From the NCBI GenBank assembly GCA_965214775.1, contig OZ243974.1, positions 928,001-992,000 on the forward strand: a stretch of DNA of 64,000 nucleotides. The letters run 5' to 3'. Positions 19,903 to 29,792 of the stretch are shown in pieces. This stretch comes from Nitrosopumilus sp. GTDB taxonomy: Archaea > Thermoproteota > Nitrososphaeria > Nitrososphaerales > Nitrosopumilaceae. The notes under the pieces were generated by a model. The model was not told the DNA's origin. It was given only the letters and a program-made list of their open reading frames with translations, and did not search any database. Made by a program: the position numbers and the translations under genes. Position 1 is the stretch's first letter. Each line of letters opens with the position of its first letter.

Positions 19903-20403
19903 TTAGAGATTTTTCAAACGATCTTTGGCACTAGTTTGAATCAAAAAATTTTTTGTTCCTTCGGGAACCAAATGCTCCCATTTTTGATCACTGACAATCA
20001 AATTCCGGATATTGGTTCCAGACAGAACGTATCGGTCCAAAAATGGAATGGAAACAACCTGAACAGATCTTTTTGAATAAAGGTGATCTGTCAGCGGATC
20101 ATTTGAGAAGACGATCTGGAATTGAGGAACGATGCCGTCTATCATCTCAATCCATTTTACATGATCGTCCAGATCAGGAATCATGTAGATTGAAATTTTT
20201 TCTTTCATGAAATCGCCAATTGAAGATAAAATCATCTGTTTTCTTTCTTCGGCTGAAAATGGATCGTTTTTCTCCAGGGGTTTGTTTGAGCTTCCCAGTC
20301 CCAGCCACAGATTCTCAACTTTTGTCAGTGCGAATCTTAGTGCATCCAGATGCCCAAGGTGAAACGGCTGGAATCTTCCAATCAGCAAGCCATCCATAGC
20401 CAT
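19903..20403 (-). CDS. nadM: Nicotinamide-nucleotide adenylyltransferase
   Basis: IGRFQPFHLGH, DPFSAEER, LSGTNIR and WEHLVP motifs. Confidence 0.92.
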   Translation of the reverse strand: MAMDGLLIGRFQPFHLGHLDALRFALTKVENLWLGLGSSNKPLEKNDPFSAEERKQMILSSIGDFMKEKISIYMIPDLDDHVKWIEMIDGIVPQFQIVFSNDPLTDHLYSKRSVQVVSIPFLDRYVLSGTNIRNLIVSDQKWEHLVPEGTKNFLIQTSAKDRLKNL

Positions 20404-20458
20404 CTTTAGAAAACTGTTTTTAAAAAACTATCATAAACGGCAGTCTCACAAAAAAATT

Positions 20459-21493
20459 ATGGGCTTTGTGGAGATTAATGGCGGGCACGGGGATGGCGGA
20501 GGACAGATAGTCCGTTCAGCAATTACGCTGTCCTGTATTACAAAAAAGCCCGTGCATGTTGTAAATATTAGAAAAAACAGAAAGGTTGCAGGGCTCAGAC
20601 CGCAGCACGTTGCCGCCATCAGAATTTTGCAAAAAATTTCAAGCGCAAAAGTCACAGGGAACAAAACAGGATCAACTGAGCTGAGATTCATTCCAAAAGA
20701 GATCAATATCCGGACTCTAAACGAGGACGTTGGGACTGCCGGCAGCGTTTCATTAGTCATGCAGACAATTATTCCTCTTGCAATAGTTCTAAAAGAAAAA
20801 TTAAAAGTCAGGATCAGAGGCGGAACAGACGTCTTGTGGAGCCCAACGTCAAGCTATTCGGAGATAATTTTAAGAGAAGCCTTTGGAAGAATGGGATTGA
20901 AATTCTCACTAGAGACAGTCAAAAGAGGGTATTTTCCCAGGGGCGGCGGGGAGACAAGGTTGGAGGTTTTTCCTTCCAAGGTAGGCCCCGTCTTGTTTTC
21001 TGGACGGACATCAGGCGAGGTTACAATTTTGTGTACATTTTCAAAGATTGCAGCCGAGCAAATCTCAAGGGAGGTAAAAAAAATCGAGAGGAAAATCCGT
21101 GAAAATTTTTCAGTAAACGTAAAGATCAAGGAAGAAAAAGCAGCTGACTCGGGTTCTTCAATACTGGTGTACAGCATCGATGAAAAAACGGTTTTTGGCA
21201 TGGATTGCCTGTTTGATAAAAGAGATAATAGTTTTGATTTTGATGTGGAGGAATTCTTGGGAAATCCATATGCAATAGACGAAAACCTGGCAGACATGCT
21301 GGTATTGCCTGCTAGTTTGGCCTCGGGGAAGACGACTTTTGAGGTAAAAGAGATCACCCCGCATCTGGAAACAAACCTGTTTGTTACATCAAAAATCACA
21401 GGTTGCAGGTACGGGATTGGCAGATTGCCCACAGGATACCGGGTAATTGTCGAAGGGACGTCGTCATCGTCATCATACTCCGGCATCAAGTAA
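20459..21493 (+). CDS. rtcA: RNA 3'-terminal phosphate cyclase
   Basis: GDGGGQIVRS, GLRPQH, GTAGS, GGTDV, RGYFPRGGG and TPHLETN motifs. Confidence 0.92.
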   Translation: MGFVEINGGHGDGGGQIVRSAITLSCITKKPVHVVNIRKNRKVAGLRPQHVAAIRILQKISSAKVTGNKTGSTELRFIPKEINIRTLNEDVGTAGSVSLVMQTIIPLAIVLKEKLKVRIRGGTDVLWSPTSSYSEIILREAFGRMGLKFSLETVKRGYFPRGGGETRLEVFPSKVGPVLFSGRTSGEVTILCTFSKIAAEQISREVKKIERKIRENFSVNVKIKEEKAADSGSSILVYSIDEKTVFGMDCLFDKRDNSFDFDVEEFLGNPYAIDENLADMLVLPASLASGKTTFEVKEITPHLETNLFVTSKITGCRYGIGRLPTGYRVIVEGTSSSSSYSGIK

Positions 21494-21970
21494 TGCTGCA
21501 AAGAACAAAATTGCCACAGACAAGACAACGGTTACTTCACCAAGAATGATAATTTTTTTTCTTAGTCTTTGAATCTGTTCCTCAGGCATCTTATTTGACA
21601 TGATCCTGTCTTCCACGTCTTTTCGAATGACCCTGACATGCACTGCATAAGTAATGATTAGCAAGACAACAAGGATAATTTTTACAATCAGAAAGTGTCC
21701 GTAGCTTGTCTGAACAAGAATGTCAGGCTTGCCCAACAGCTGATGAGACGTGTAAAGTCCCGTGGCCATCAGAATTATCAGTGAGGGAACAGCTATTTTG
21801 TTAAATCGTCTTCCAACACGAATCATGATTTGCATTCTTTCTTCAATGGAATTTGACATGGTTTTGAGAATCGGAGAAAATACGATTCCAATAAACAATG
21901 AACCCCCAACCCAAATAGCTGCCGATACCAGATGAATCCACGTGATAATTGCCTGTTCCATGACAGCCAT
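21473..21970 (-). CDS. CopD-family membrane protein
   Basis: WIHLVSAAIWVGG and SYGHFLIVK; four hydrophobic segments. Confidence 0.75.
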   Translation of the reverse strand: MAVMEQAIITWIHLVSAAIWVGGSLFIGIVFSPILKTMSNSIEERMQIMIRVGRRFNKIAVPSLIILMATGLYTSHQLLGKPDILVQTSYGHFLIVKIILVVLLIITYAVHVRVIRKDVEDRIMSNKMPEEQIQRLRKKIIILGEVTVVLSVAILFFAALLDAGV

Positions 21971-22052
21971 GAAATGAGATGCTTCAAATCAAATATTATG
22001 TATTTGGATCTTGACAACCTTTTTTAGTTGTACGCAGTCTGATACCATTGAA

Positions 22053-22550
22053 ATGGCATTACAAAGTAAAATGACAGTTTATGCTGCAATAGCAGGAGTT
22101 TTAGCATTAATGGGGGGAATTGTCTACTATGCCAGTTTAGATAATGCCGATCTTGAACAGGCAGCCATTGAATTAGACGACGTTGAATTAAGGGATGTCA
22201 ATATGCTCAAAAATCAAGCAAAGTTTGACGTCACTTTTCTGATAACCAATCCAAGTGAAAAGACATTCACGGTCTCACAGATAGGATATCAGTTGTATGG
22301 TGACGGTGTTTTGCTAGGATCAGGACAATACTCGACTGCAGACATTGCGTTGCCAGGACGGGCAGTGTTTTATCCAGGAGCCCAAGTCCCATTGAAGAGC
22401 ACGTTTGTTCTCAGCTTGTCAGAGGAAAACTCTGAGATCTACAATTCCATGATAAATGATCAGGTCACTGATTTCTCAGCAGACGGCAGTCTTACTACTG
22501 AAAGTTCTTGGAGCATAGTTGAGAAGGAATTTGAGACCAGACTAAGGTAG
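22053..22550 (+). CDS. Membrane-anchored LEA_2/WHy-like hypothetical protein
   Basis: N-terminal TM segment; F.ITNPS..., IGYQLYGDG..LGSG pattern. Confidence 0.65.
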   Translation: MALQSKMTVYAAIAGVLALMGGIVYYASLDNADLEQAAIELDDVELRDVNMLKNQAKFDVTFLITNPSEKTFTVSQIGYQLYGDGVLLGSGQYSTADIALPGRAVFYPGAQVPLKSTFVLSLSEENSEIYNSMINDQVTDFSADGSLTTESSWSIVEKEFETRLR

Positions 22551-22554
22551 GGAG

Positions 22555-22628
22555 TGGGCCGAGAGAGATTCGAACTCACGATCACCGCCGTGTCGAGGCG
22601 GTATCCTAACCAGCTAGACTACCGGCCC
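22555..22628 (-). tRNA. tRNA-Val(GAC)
   Basis: Minus strand GGGCCGG acceptor, anticodon arm CCGCC-TC GAC AC-GGCGG, T loop TTCGAAT. Confidence 0.95.
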
Positions 22629-22706
22629 ATTGAAGTACAAGACCAGATACAGGCATTATTAACGTTTAACAAAAGAAAGAAAGGTCGAATAAAAAGAGAA
22701 AAAGGC

Positions 22707-23426
22707 GTGAAACAGTTGACTGGAGATTTTACCGAAAGCGAGAAAAACGGATTCTACAAGGCAATCTATTCCAGAAGAGACGTCAGATCTCATTTTATCT
22801 CTAAAACGATTGAAGATGAAAAGCTGTCAAAAATCCTGCATGCAGCTCATCATGCCCCGTCTGTAGGATTTTCTCAACCATGGAATTTTATTTTAATTAA
22901 AAATTCCGAAACTAAAAAGAGAATCAAAGAGTCGTTTGAAAGAGAAAAGGACCGTTCGTCCCAATTGGTTGAAGAGCCAAAAAGATCAAGATATCTTTCA
23001 TTCAAACTAGAGGGAATACTGGAATCCCCGGTAAATCTCTGTGTTACTTATGATCCATCAAAATTTGGTCCTTTTGTCATAGGGCGCTCAAGCATTCCAG
23101 AGGCGGGCCTATACAGCGTCTGCTGTGCAATTCAGAATTTATGGCTGGCATCCAGAACAGAAGGAATAGGACTGGGATGGGTAAGCATTTTGTCAAATGA
23201 TACATTGAAGGAGGTTTTGGACTTGCCTGAGCATGTTGTTCCTGTAGCATACTTGTGTCTGGGATATGTTAACGAGTTTGCAGACAAGCCGGATCTTGAA
23301 ACCTCAGGATGGCTGCCAAGATTGGAACTAAAGGATGTCGTATATTTTGAAAAATGGAACAAGCAGGAAGATTCCGGTTGGGAAGGCATTTCAGAGTTAA
23401 TTAAAGAAAATCTTGATTACGCTTAA
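22707..23426 (+). CDS. bluB: 5,6-dimethylbenzimidazole synthase (nitroreductase fold)
   Basis: RRDVRSHF, HAPSVGFSQPWNF, KLEGILESP, CAIQNLWLA and GLGWVS motifs. Confidence 0.92.
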   Translation: MKQLTGDFTESEKNGFYKAIYSRRDVRSHFISKTIEDEKLSKILHAAHHAPSVGFSQPWNFILIKNSETKKRIKESFEREKDRSSQLVEEPKRSRYLSFKLEGILESPVNLCVTYDPSKFGPFVIGRSSIPEAGLYSVCCAIQNLWLASRTEGIGLGWVSILSNDTLKEVLDLPEHVVPVAYLCLGYVNEFADKPDLETSGWLPRLELKDVVYFEKWNKQEDSGWEGISELIKENLDYA

Positions 23427-23451
23427 ATAATTAAGAATGTCTTTTTGTGCT

Positions 23452-23544
23452 GGGCTTGTGGCGCAGAGTCGATTTGACGCGAAACATGGATAGCGCAGTA
23501 GCCTCCTAAGTTACAGATCGAGGGATCGAAGCCCTCCAAGCCCG
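23452..23544 (+). tRNA. tRNA-Arg(CCT) with an 18-nt intron at position 15/16 (23467-23484)
   Basis: GGGCTTG/CAAGCCC acceptor; GTAGC-CT CCT AA-GTTAC anticodon arm; removing the intron gives the D arm GCGCAGCATGGATAGCGC. Confidence 0.88.
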
Positions 23545-23589
23545 TTAAAAAATTTGGAAATTTAAATACAAAGACAGGTTGTTCATTGT

Positions 23590-24117
23590 ATGAAAGTAGT
23601 CGTGATTTCAGGAAGTCCAAGAAAAACAGCCAATACCCAATCTGTCATGAAATATGTTTACGAGTATGCAAGGACAAAAAATCAGGATACAAAGCTGATC
23701 AATCTGTCTGACGGTCAGGTTGAATGCTATAAAGGACCTGATGAAGACTACAACCAGGCAACAGTCGAGGCTGCAGATGATCTGATGAACGCAGATGTCT
23801 GGCTAATTGGCACCCCGATCTATAATTCATTTTTTAGCTCGGCCCTGAAAAATCTCTTCGAGTATGTGAATTACAAAAAAACAGAGGGCAAGGTTGCAGG
23901 AATGACAATTCTTGCATCAGGACAGATAGGGTTTACCGACGTCCAAACCTTGCTTACCCAGTTGCTTTCATATTTCAGAGTCATTACAAATCCCAAAGCT
24001 GTCTTCCTAACGACAGAATCAATTTCTGAAAATTCTGTTTCTGATGCCGATGCCCAAAACAGACTAGAGCAGATGGTCGATGAAACGTTGGAAATTGCAT
24101 CTAAATTAGGAAGGTGA
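23590..24117 (+). CDS. NADPH-dependent FMN reductase
   Basis: ISGSPRK and GTPIYNS..SSALKN motifs. Confidence 0.88.
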   Translation: MKVVVISGSPRKTANTQSVMKYVYEYARTKNQDTKLINLSDGQVECYKGPDEDYNQATVEAADDLMNADVWLIGTPIYNSFFSSALKNLFEYVNYKKTEGKVAGMTILASGQIGFTDVQTLLTQLLSYFRVITNPKAVFLTTESISENSVSDADAQNRLEQMVDETLEIASKLGR

Positions 24118-24330
24118 TTTTTGACAGATTGCCAGTCAGAAAGACGTCTTGAAGCCAGGAAAATTCTTTTGACAGATTTTTAATGAGGTCTTGATTTTCA
24201 TTGGGACGAGAGCCCGTATTCCAAAAAGAAGATCATCTGCAAGACAACGGATTTGGACAAACTCGGTGTTTCTGATATGATGAAAATCAAAATGAAAAAG
24301 CCAAATATAATGAATCGTTAAAAGGTTTCA

Positions 24331-24465
24331 ATGGATCTGGTGGAGGAGGAGGAGGAGCCAACGCAAGCCTGCTCATGTAAATGCCATTTTGGCGGGGCCG
24401 TCAGTTGTCCTGGCTGTAAAAGCAATCACAGAACAGTGACTACATGCTCCCACTGTAACAAATAG
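24331..24465 (+). CDS. 44-aa Cys/His-rich microprotein (absent from the ORF track)
   Basis: MDLVEEEEEPTQACSCKCHFGGAVSCPGCKSNHRTVTTCSHCNK; AT-rich TATA-like element upstream. Confidence 0.65.
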   Translation: MDLVEEEEEPTQACSCKCHFGGAVSCPGCKSNHRTVTTCSHCNK

Positions 24466-24467
24466 TT

Positions 24468-24953
24468 CTATTTTCCTCTGGCTTTTCGTTCGGATGCAGC
24501 AAGCGTTTTGAGATTTGCAAGTTCCGTTTTCAATGATTCAATTTGCACAAGCGTCTGCAAATTAGATATCTCTTGGTTTAGTCTTTCGATCTCACTGTCT
24601 TTAATCTTGACAGATTCTTTAAGATCGTTTAGTTCCGCAGACAGCTCGTTTTGGGATTGTCTGATTTCCGTCAGGCTGACTTGTGAGCCAGAAGTTGCGG
24701 TTTGAACAGTCTCTGTGCTACTCGAGCTTTTTTTTTCGCCGTCAGTATGAGACGGAGCATGACTGTGCATGTAATCGGCGCTTTTTTGTGAAATCCAACA
24801 TGTGAAGACCAGAAACCACGTGATGGGAACTGCCATAATGAAAACAAAGTTCAATATGGGCGCAAAGTCCACAAAGTATGGCCACAATCCGGTAAGAACT
24901 GCGGCAAAAACTCCCGTGGTAATTGTTGCCAGATGATTTCCCAGATACCCCAC
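24468..24953 (-). CDS. Hypothetical membrane protein with C-terminal coiled coil
   Basis: Two TM segments followed by a heptad-rich tail. Confidence 0.7.
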   Translation of the reverse strand: MGYLGNHLATITTGVFAAVLTGLWPYFVDFAPILNFVFIMAVPITWFLVFTCWISQKSADYMHSHAPSHTDGEKKSSSSTETVQTATSGSQVSLTEIRQSQNELSAELNDLKESVKIKDSEIERLNQEISNLQTLVQIESLKTELANLKTLAASERKARGK

Positions 24954-25043
24954 AAAATAGTTGGAAAAATCATTGTTTATAACAGTAATGCCGGCATCGT
25001 CCGCCTGCGCCGAGAATATAAGTAAAAAGAAAAAGGAAACCGT

Positions 25044-25268
25044 TTATTGGTCTTCCTCAGCAGCTGCCTTGGGCAGATCTGATTGTAGAATTTGGATTTT
25101 CTCTAGTAGTTCGGTTCTCAGATCCCTTGCAACTCGTCTGACTGTCGGCCTTGGAACGCCGAGTTCGTCAACAACCCTGCTGTAGATATCTTGCTTGTCG
25201 GTCACCCCTTTGTCAAGATGAGAATTAATTGCTTCTTTAATGATTGTACTTTGGTTTGTACGATTCAA
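25044..25268 (-). CDS. Small HTH-like hypothetical protein
   Basis: KQDIYSRVVDELGVPRPTVRRVARDL helix-turn-helix pattern. Confidence 0.7.
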   Translation of the reverse strand: MNRTNQSTIIKEAINSHLDKGVTDKQDIYSRVVDELGVPRPTVRRVARDLRTELLEKIQILQSDLPKAAAEEDQ

Positions 25269-25511
25269 CGAATTCTAAATTCTAGTTGTTCTATATAAGA
25301 CTATAACTTTTGAAAATATCAGAATGTCATTTCTGAAAATTGCAGATTTCTATTTTAAAAAAATAAATAATTGTCAAAGTCCCAACTCTAAAAATCGATC
25401 AGCGAAAAACGTACTGGGAACTATGAATTTTTCACCGTACTCTGTGTATCTATGAAAAATTCCAAGTGTGATTTCACAAGACTCTTATGATAAGAGACCG
25501 GATCGTTCCTA

Positions 25512-25988
25512 ATGGCAACAGCTAATATTGAAACAAGTTTTGGAAAGATTTCATTTGACCTATTACCCGAATTAGCGCCTGAAACTGTGAGAAACTTTGA
25601 GAAACTAGCAAGGGAGGGATTCTATGACGGAACCCTCTTTCACAGAGTCATTCCCGGATTCATGATTCAGGGAGGAGATCCCAATACAAAGACAGACAAC
25701 AAGGGCTCATGGGGCACGGGAGGGCCGGGATATACTATTAAAGCAGAATTCAGCTCACGTTCACATCTGAGAGGCATAGTTTCTATGGCCAGAGCGCAAG
25801 ATCCGGACAGTGCAGGCTCGCAATTTTTCATTGTGACATCAGACAGTACCTTTCTAGACAGGCAATACACCGTGTTTGGCAGAGTCACAGAAGGAATGGA
25901 TGTTGCAGACAAAATCGTCAGTCTTGACAGGGATGGCAGTGACTGCCCTCTAGAGAAGGCACAGATAGTTCATGTAACTGTGAAATAA
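25512..25988 (+). CDS. Cyclophilin-type peptidyl-prolyl isomerase
   Basis: FYDGTLFHRVIPGFMIQGGDP, SAGSQFFI and YTVFGRV motifs. Confidence 0.96.
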   Translation: MATANIETSFGKISFDLLPELAPETVRNFEKLAREGFYDGTLFHRVIPGFMIQGGDPNTKTDNKGSWGTGGPGYTIKAEFSSRSHLRGIVSMARAQDPDSAGSQFFIVTSDSTFLDRQYTVFGRVTEGMDVADKIVSLDRDGSDCPLEKAQIVHVTVK

Positions 25989-26930
25989 ATGGAAAGGAAA
26001 ATTTTTTCGCTTTTATTCATCGTATCTTTGATTCTCATAATTCCGCCCATTTCAGCCCAAGAATTCACAATCAGTGAAAAGGCAGATCAGAGATCAGTCC
26101 AGGTAGAAATTAATGAAGACGGGGAAATTCAGGTAAAGCATGTTGTAAGATCTTCAAGTTCTGCCAAACAGTTAGGCTTGCTGGATGGCACCATCAAAAA
26201 TTTATCAATTTCAGATGAAGACGGAAATGAGAGAACGCTTGCAACAATTGGCGACACCAATACAGTATTAATTCTGCCCTCAAACAGAGATTCAGTTATC
26301 AAATATCAGCTGGAAGGTGCTTTAGAATTTAAAAATGACTACTGGACATTGGATTTCCTGTATCTGGAATCAACGACATTCATAATGCCAGAAAATTTGG
26401 AATCAATCTATGTAAACGACAGGATAATAAACCTTGGAGAAAAAAGGGGGTTTGTCTGTCATGGATGCCAAATGGTACTAGAATACTCGTATGATGAGCC
26501 AAGCATTATCAAGAATGTAAAATGGGAGGACAGGGAGTTTGACGTGGAAATTATTTCATTTACAAAAATTAACGAGCTGGTTTTTGATCAGCCTTCAAAA
26601 AGCATGACTATAGATGTTGACGGGGAGGATAAATTTTTGACGGTTGTTATTCCGTTGGAACTGTTGTGGGAGCCGTACACCGTAATTTCTGACAATGAGA
26701 AGATTGTTGTAAGAACGGTAAACAATAACGGGACTCATGTTTGGCTGAACATGAGACCGGACACTTCTGGAGAAATCAGCATAATCGGGACCACCGTTGT
26801 TCCTGAATTTCCAATAATTGCCCCTCTTCTTGTAGCAGGGTTTTTGCTGATTCTAGCATTGCCACTTGTAAAAAAGCTCAGTCTCCACCACCAGAACCAC
26901 AAGAACAAAATCCATATTCGTCTATCCTAG
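25989..26930 (+). CDS. Exported surface protein with PEF-CTERM-type sorting signal
   Basis: Signal peptide; C-terminal IIGTTVVPEFP + TM + KK. Confidence 0.8.
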   Translation: MERKIFSLLFIVSLILIIPPISAQEFTISEKADQRSVQVEINEDGEIQVKHVVRSSSSAKQLGLLDGTIKNLSISDEDGNERTLATIGDTNTVLILPSNRDSVIKYQLEGALEFKNDYWTLDFLYLESTTFIMPENLESIYVNDRIINLGEKRGFVCHGCQMVLEYSYDEPSIIKNVKWEDREFDVEIISFTKINELVFDQPSKSMTIDVDGEDKFLTVVIPLELLWEPYTVISDNEKIVVRTVNNNGTHVWLNMRPDTSGEISIIGTTVVPEFPIIAPLLVAGFLLILALPLVKKLSLHHQNHKNKIHIRLS

Positions 26931-27036
26931 TATCACAAACCGGGCACTTTTCCCCATAATCTACTTCCCACGGCTCTTTTCCAAACAATCTAAAGTGATC
27001 GTCAATTTCTACGGGAATCTCTCGCTTTTTTTCCAA
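26878..27036 (-). CDS. 52-aa zinc-finger-like microprotein (absent from the ORF track)
   Basis: TTG start; (M)EKKREIPVEIDDHFRLFGKEPWEVDYGEKCPVCDTRIDEYGFCSCGSGGGD. Confidence 0.65.
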   Translation of the reverse strand: MEKKREIPVEIDDHFRLFGKEPWEVDYGEKCPVCDTRIDEYGFCSCGSGGGD

Positions 27037-27116
27037 TAAACTGTACAAGTATGCCAAGCATAGATATAAGTTCTCAGAGAGGGGTTAAAGTGGCAGGCAA
27101 CAGAATGTGTCCGTCA

Positions 27117-27308
27117 TCATTGCAGTGCAAGAGTGCCAGTCGAGTCCCGGCTAACAGGAAACATGGGAAAGTCGGATATTTTGACGTGCATCACACGTGT
27201 AATCAACACAATGCACGTTTTGACCGCCTGGACTGCCAGGTCTTTGAAAAATGTGAAAAGCGTGATTGTTATTGTTGTTGTTCTATGCAATAATTTGTTC
27301 TTCAACAA
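27117..27308 (-). CDS. Small hypothetical protein
   Basis: 63-aa ORF co-oriented with and overlapping the upstream gene. Confidence 0.4.
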   Translation of the reverse strand: MLKNKLLHRTTTITITLFTFFKDLAVQAVKTCIVLITRVMHVKISDFPMFPVSRDSTGTLALQ

Positions 27309-27759
27309 AATAATGCGTTCTATTGCCGCTAGAATTTTTCATTATTTCTTTGTTTGAGGCCATTTTTGCCAGGGCCTTTGAAACATCTAACGGGCTTGCA
27401 GACCACCCGTATTCCCTTAATTGTTCTACAGTTTCAGTCACTGTCCTTGGAGAGTCAAAGAACCTGCCTGTTTCCAAAATTCTCAGCTTGGACTTGATTT
27501 CTCTCTGATTGATGAATCTAGGCTTGTTGAACTCAGGCTCGAACGCTTCGGCATCATCAAGATGTTCCAAGCCAAACTGTGCAGGTTCGGATTCCCGGGT
27601 TTCTTGTGCGGCAGTTTCATAAACAATTTGGGCCTTGTTTTCAGGCAAGTGGCTGGAAAGACTTTCAATCACCTTACCAACTGTTTGGTTGTCAACATAG
27701 AAATCTCTGGAATCGACCTCAATCTCGTTCTCCCCACGCCTTAGTTTTATCCTAGCCAA
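27283..27759 (-). CDS. Hypothetical protein with C-terminal winged-helix-like region
   Basis: FFDSPRTVTETVEQLREYGW...DVSKAL pattern. Confidence 0.68.
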   Translation of the reverse strand: MARIKLRRGENEIEVDSRDFYVDNQTVGKVIESLSSHLPENKAQIVYETAAQETRESEPAQFGLEHLDDAEAFEPEFNKPRFINQREIKSKLRILETGRFFDSPRTVTETVEQLREYGWSASPLDVSKALAKMASNKEIMKNSSGNRTHYFVEEQIIA

Positions 27760-27890
27760 TGAAAAATATTCGGTTAGTTTTGATTTATTTTGCTAGCTCT
27801 AAGTAGATTTAAGATTAGATCAAAACTTTTACACAAGTAATTTGGTTTTTTTTCCATTTGAGTTAAAATGCAATTTTGTAATAATTAGGC

Positions 27891-28343
27891 ATGAAATCAT
27901 CCAAAAAGGGCGGTTTGATCGTATTGCTTGCTCTTGCCATGGGCATTTTTGGATATTCCCAATACGCCTCAGCATCGCAGATCGAGGTAAATATCACTCA
28001 AAGCCAGTTACTAGCCCAGACAGACTCGGGCTCAACCTATAATGTTGAATTAGAGTTTCAGAATCCGTCACTTTTAGTTTTAACGGCAGGTGAGACGGAA
28101 TTCTTTGTATTATCAAATGACGAGATGGCCGGAAAAGGCAAACTAGAGCCGTTCACTCTCCAGCCATTATCTAACAGCTATGTTTCAGGGGAATTTCATA
28201 CCAGTTCCCATGCAAGTGATCAGGTCAGATCGGTGAAGATTACCGGGGTTACAAAGTATGACATGGTACTGACATCTATCGATGTGCCATTTGTCTATCA
28301 TCCAACAGAAGAGCAGGCAAGAGAATTTATACATCAAGAATAG
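27891..28343 (+). CDS. Exported LEA_2-like hypothetical protein
   Basis: Signal/TM segment; LEFQNPS motif. Confidence 0.65.
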   Translation: MKSSKKGGLIVLLALAMGIFGYSQYASASQIEVNITQSQLLAQTDSGSTYNVELEFQNPSLLVLTAGETEFFVLSNDEMAGKGKLEPFTLQPLSNSYVSGEFHTSSHASDQVRSVKITGVTKYDMVLTSIDVPFVYHPTEEQAREFIHQE

Positions 28344-28354
28344 ATTCATCTCAA

Positions 28355-29248
28355 ATGCTAACGGTTTTTGGTTCTGTAGCATTAGACACAATCCGAACCC
28401 CAAAAAAAACTCTCAAAAACGTATTGGGCGGAGCTGCAACGTTTGCAGCAGTTTCTGCTAGCAATTTCGTAGACACCGGATTGATTGCAGTTGTAGGAAA
28501 AGATTTTCCTAAAAGGCACCATGACCTGCTAGCAAAACGTCTTGATCTGAAAGGCCTTACGATAAAAAACGGAAGGACGTTTCGATATGACGGAAGATAT
28601 GACGATACCCTGAGCACAAGAACTACCTTAAAAACGGAACTAAACGTACTGGGGGATTTTAAGCCGACGGTTCCAGAGGAATATAAGAAATCCCAGTTCG
28701 TATATCTTGCAAACAATGATCCAGGACAAAATACCAGACTGATTAGCGAGTTTGACAACGTAAAATTTTCAATGTGTGACACGATAGATTTTTGGATTTC
28801 AACAAAACGTCAGAAAGTAATCAAGATGATAAAATCCGTAGATGCAGTAGTAATCAATGATGAGGAGGCAAAGTTGCTCACAAAGGAATTCAACCTGATA
28901 AAGTGTGCTAAAAAAATGATGCAGTGGGGCGCAAAATATGTAATAATCAAAAAGGGGGAACACGGTTCTCTCATGTTCTATGACGACGTAATTTTCCCAA
29001 CTGCAGGTTTCTCACTAGAGGATGTCGTCGATCCCACAGGCGCAGGCGATTCATTTGCAGGCGCAATGATTGGCTATCTGGCTAGTAAAAAATCCACCAG
29101 CCTTTCGGAAATTAAAAAGGCAGTAGTATATGGAAACGTAATGGGATCGTTTGCAGTAGAACGGTACGGGCTTGATGGCTTGCTAAGAATCAAGAAGGGA
29201 GACATCGGAAAACGAGTCAAAATGTATGAAAGGATGATTCGTTTCTAA
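28355..29248 (+). CDS. PfkB-family carbohydrate/nucleoside kinase
   Basis: LGGAATF, INDEEA, KKGEHGS and DPTGAGDSFAG motifs. Confidence 0.92.
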   Translation: MLTVFGSVALDTIRTPKKTLKNVLGGAATFAAVSASNFVDTGLIAVVGKDFPKRHHDLLAKRLDLKGLTIKNGRTFRYDGRYDDTLSTRTTLKTELNVLGDFKPTVPEEYKKSQFVYLANNDPGQNTRLISEFDNVKFSMCDTIDFWISTKRQKVIKMIKSVDAVVINDEEAKLLTKEFNLIKCAKKMMQWGAKYVIIKKGEHGSLMFYDDVIFPTAGFSLEDVVDPTGAGDSFAGAMIGYLASKKSTSLSEIKKAVVYGNVMGSFAVERYGLDGLLRIKKGDIGKRVKMYERMIRF

Positions 29249-29548
29249 GGTTCTGTGCAATCTTGGTGATATAGACATGGAATCACGGTCTTCTCCATAT
29301 TGGGATTTATGCCTATACAGAATCCTTGCTCCGTTCCATGATCCTGAATCCCTCGTGTCCGAACACGTTCCTTCTGATATACTCCAGAGGGGGTTGTCGC
29401 CTAATTCGCCAGAATTCCTGAAAACCGCTGAGATGTCAGTGGATCAGGCGTGCAAAAATGGCGGAAATTCAGAAAAACGTGCAGGTTGAGCCAGGTAGGT
29501 GGAATTAGGCGACAGCCCCATTTCAGCTGTAGAAGATTGCACAGAACC
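29249..29548. mobile_element. MITE family I with a MITE E copy nested at 29390-29519
   Basis: 16-bp TIR GGTTCTGTGCAATCTT / AAGATTGCACAGAACC; begins immediately after the pfkB stop; a further degenerate I piece at ~29593-29652. Confidence 0.85.
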
Positions 29549-29792
29549 AAGGAGGACAATCTTGAAAAATCTGGAAGATAGGAAAATACATCCGTGTCCT
29601 GAACGCCACCGTTTCAATCCGTAGAAGATCCATGCCTCAGACGTCCAAGATTATGTATATTTCCAGACATCTCCGACCTAGAGATCTGGCCACCAAACCA
29701 AGGAAAATCCGAATCCGGTGAAGTTCCATATCCCCAATTTTAGAACCGTTTCTAAAAAGACTTAAGTCCAATCATCATCCAAGTTGCTTTAA

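Noticed and set aside
22554-22706. N-terminal extension of BluB in the ORF track
   Set aside because: It overlaps tRNA-Val on the opposite strand; the real start is near 22707-22716.
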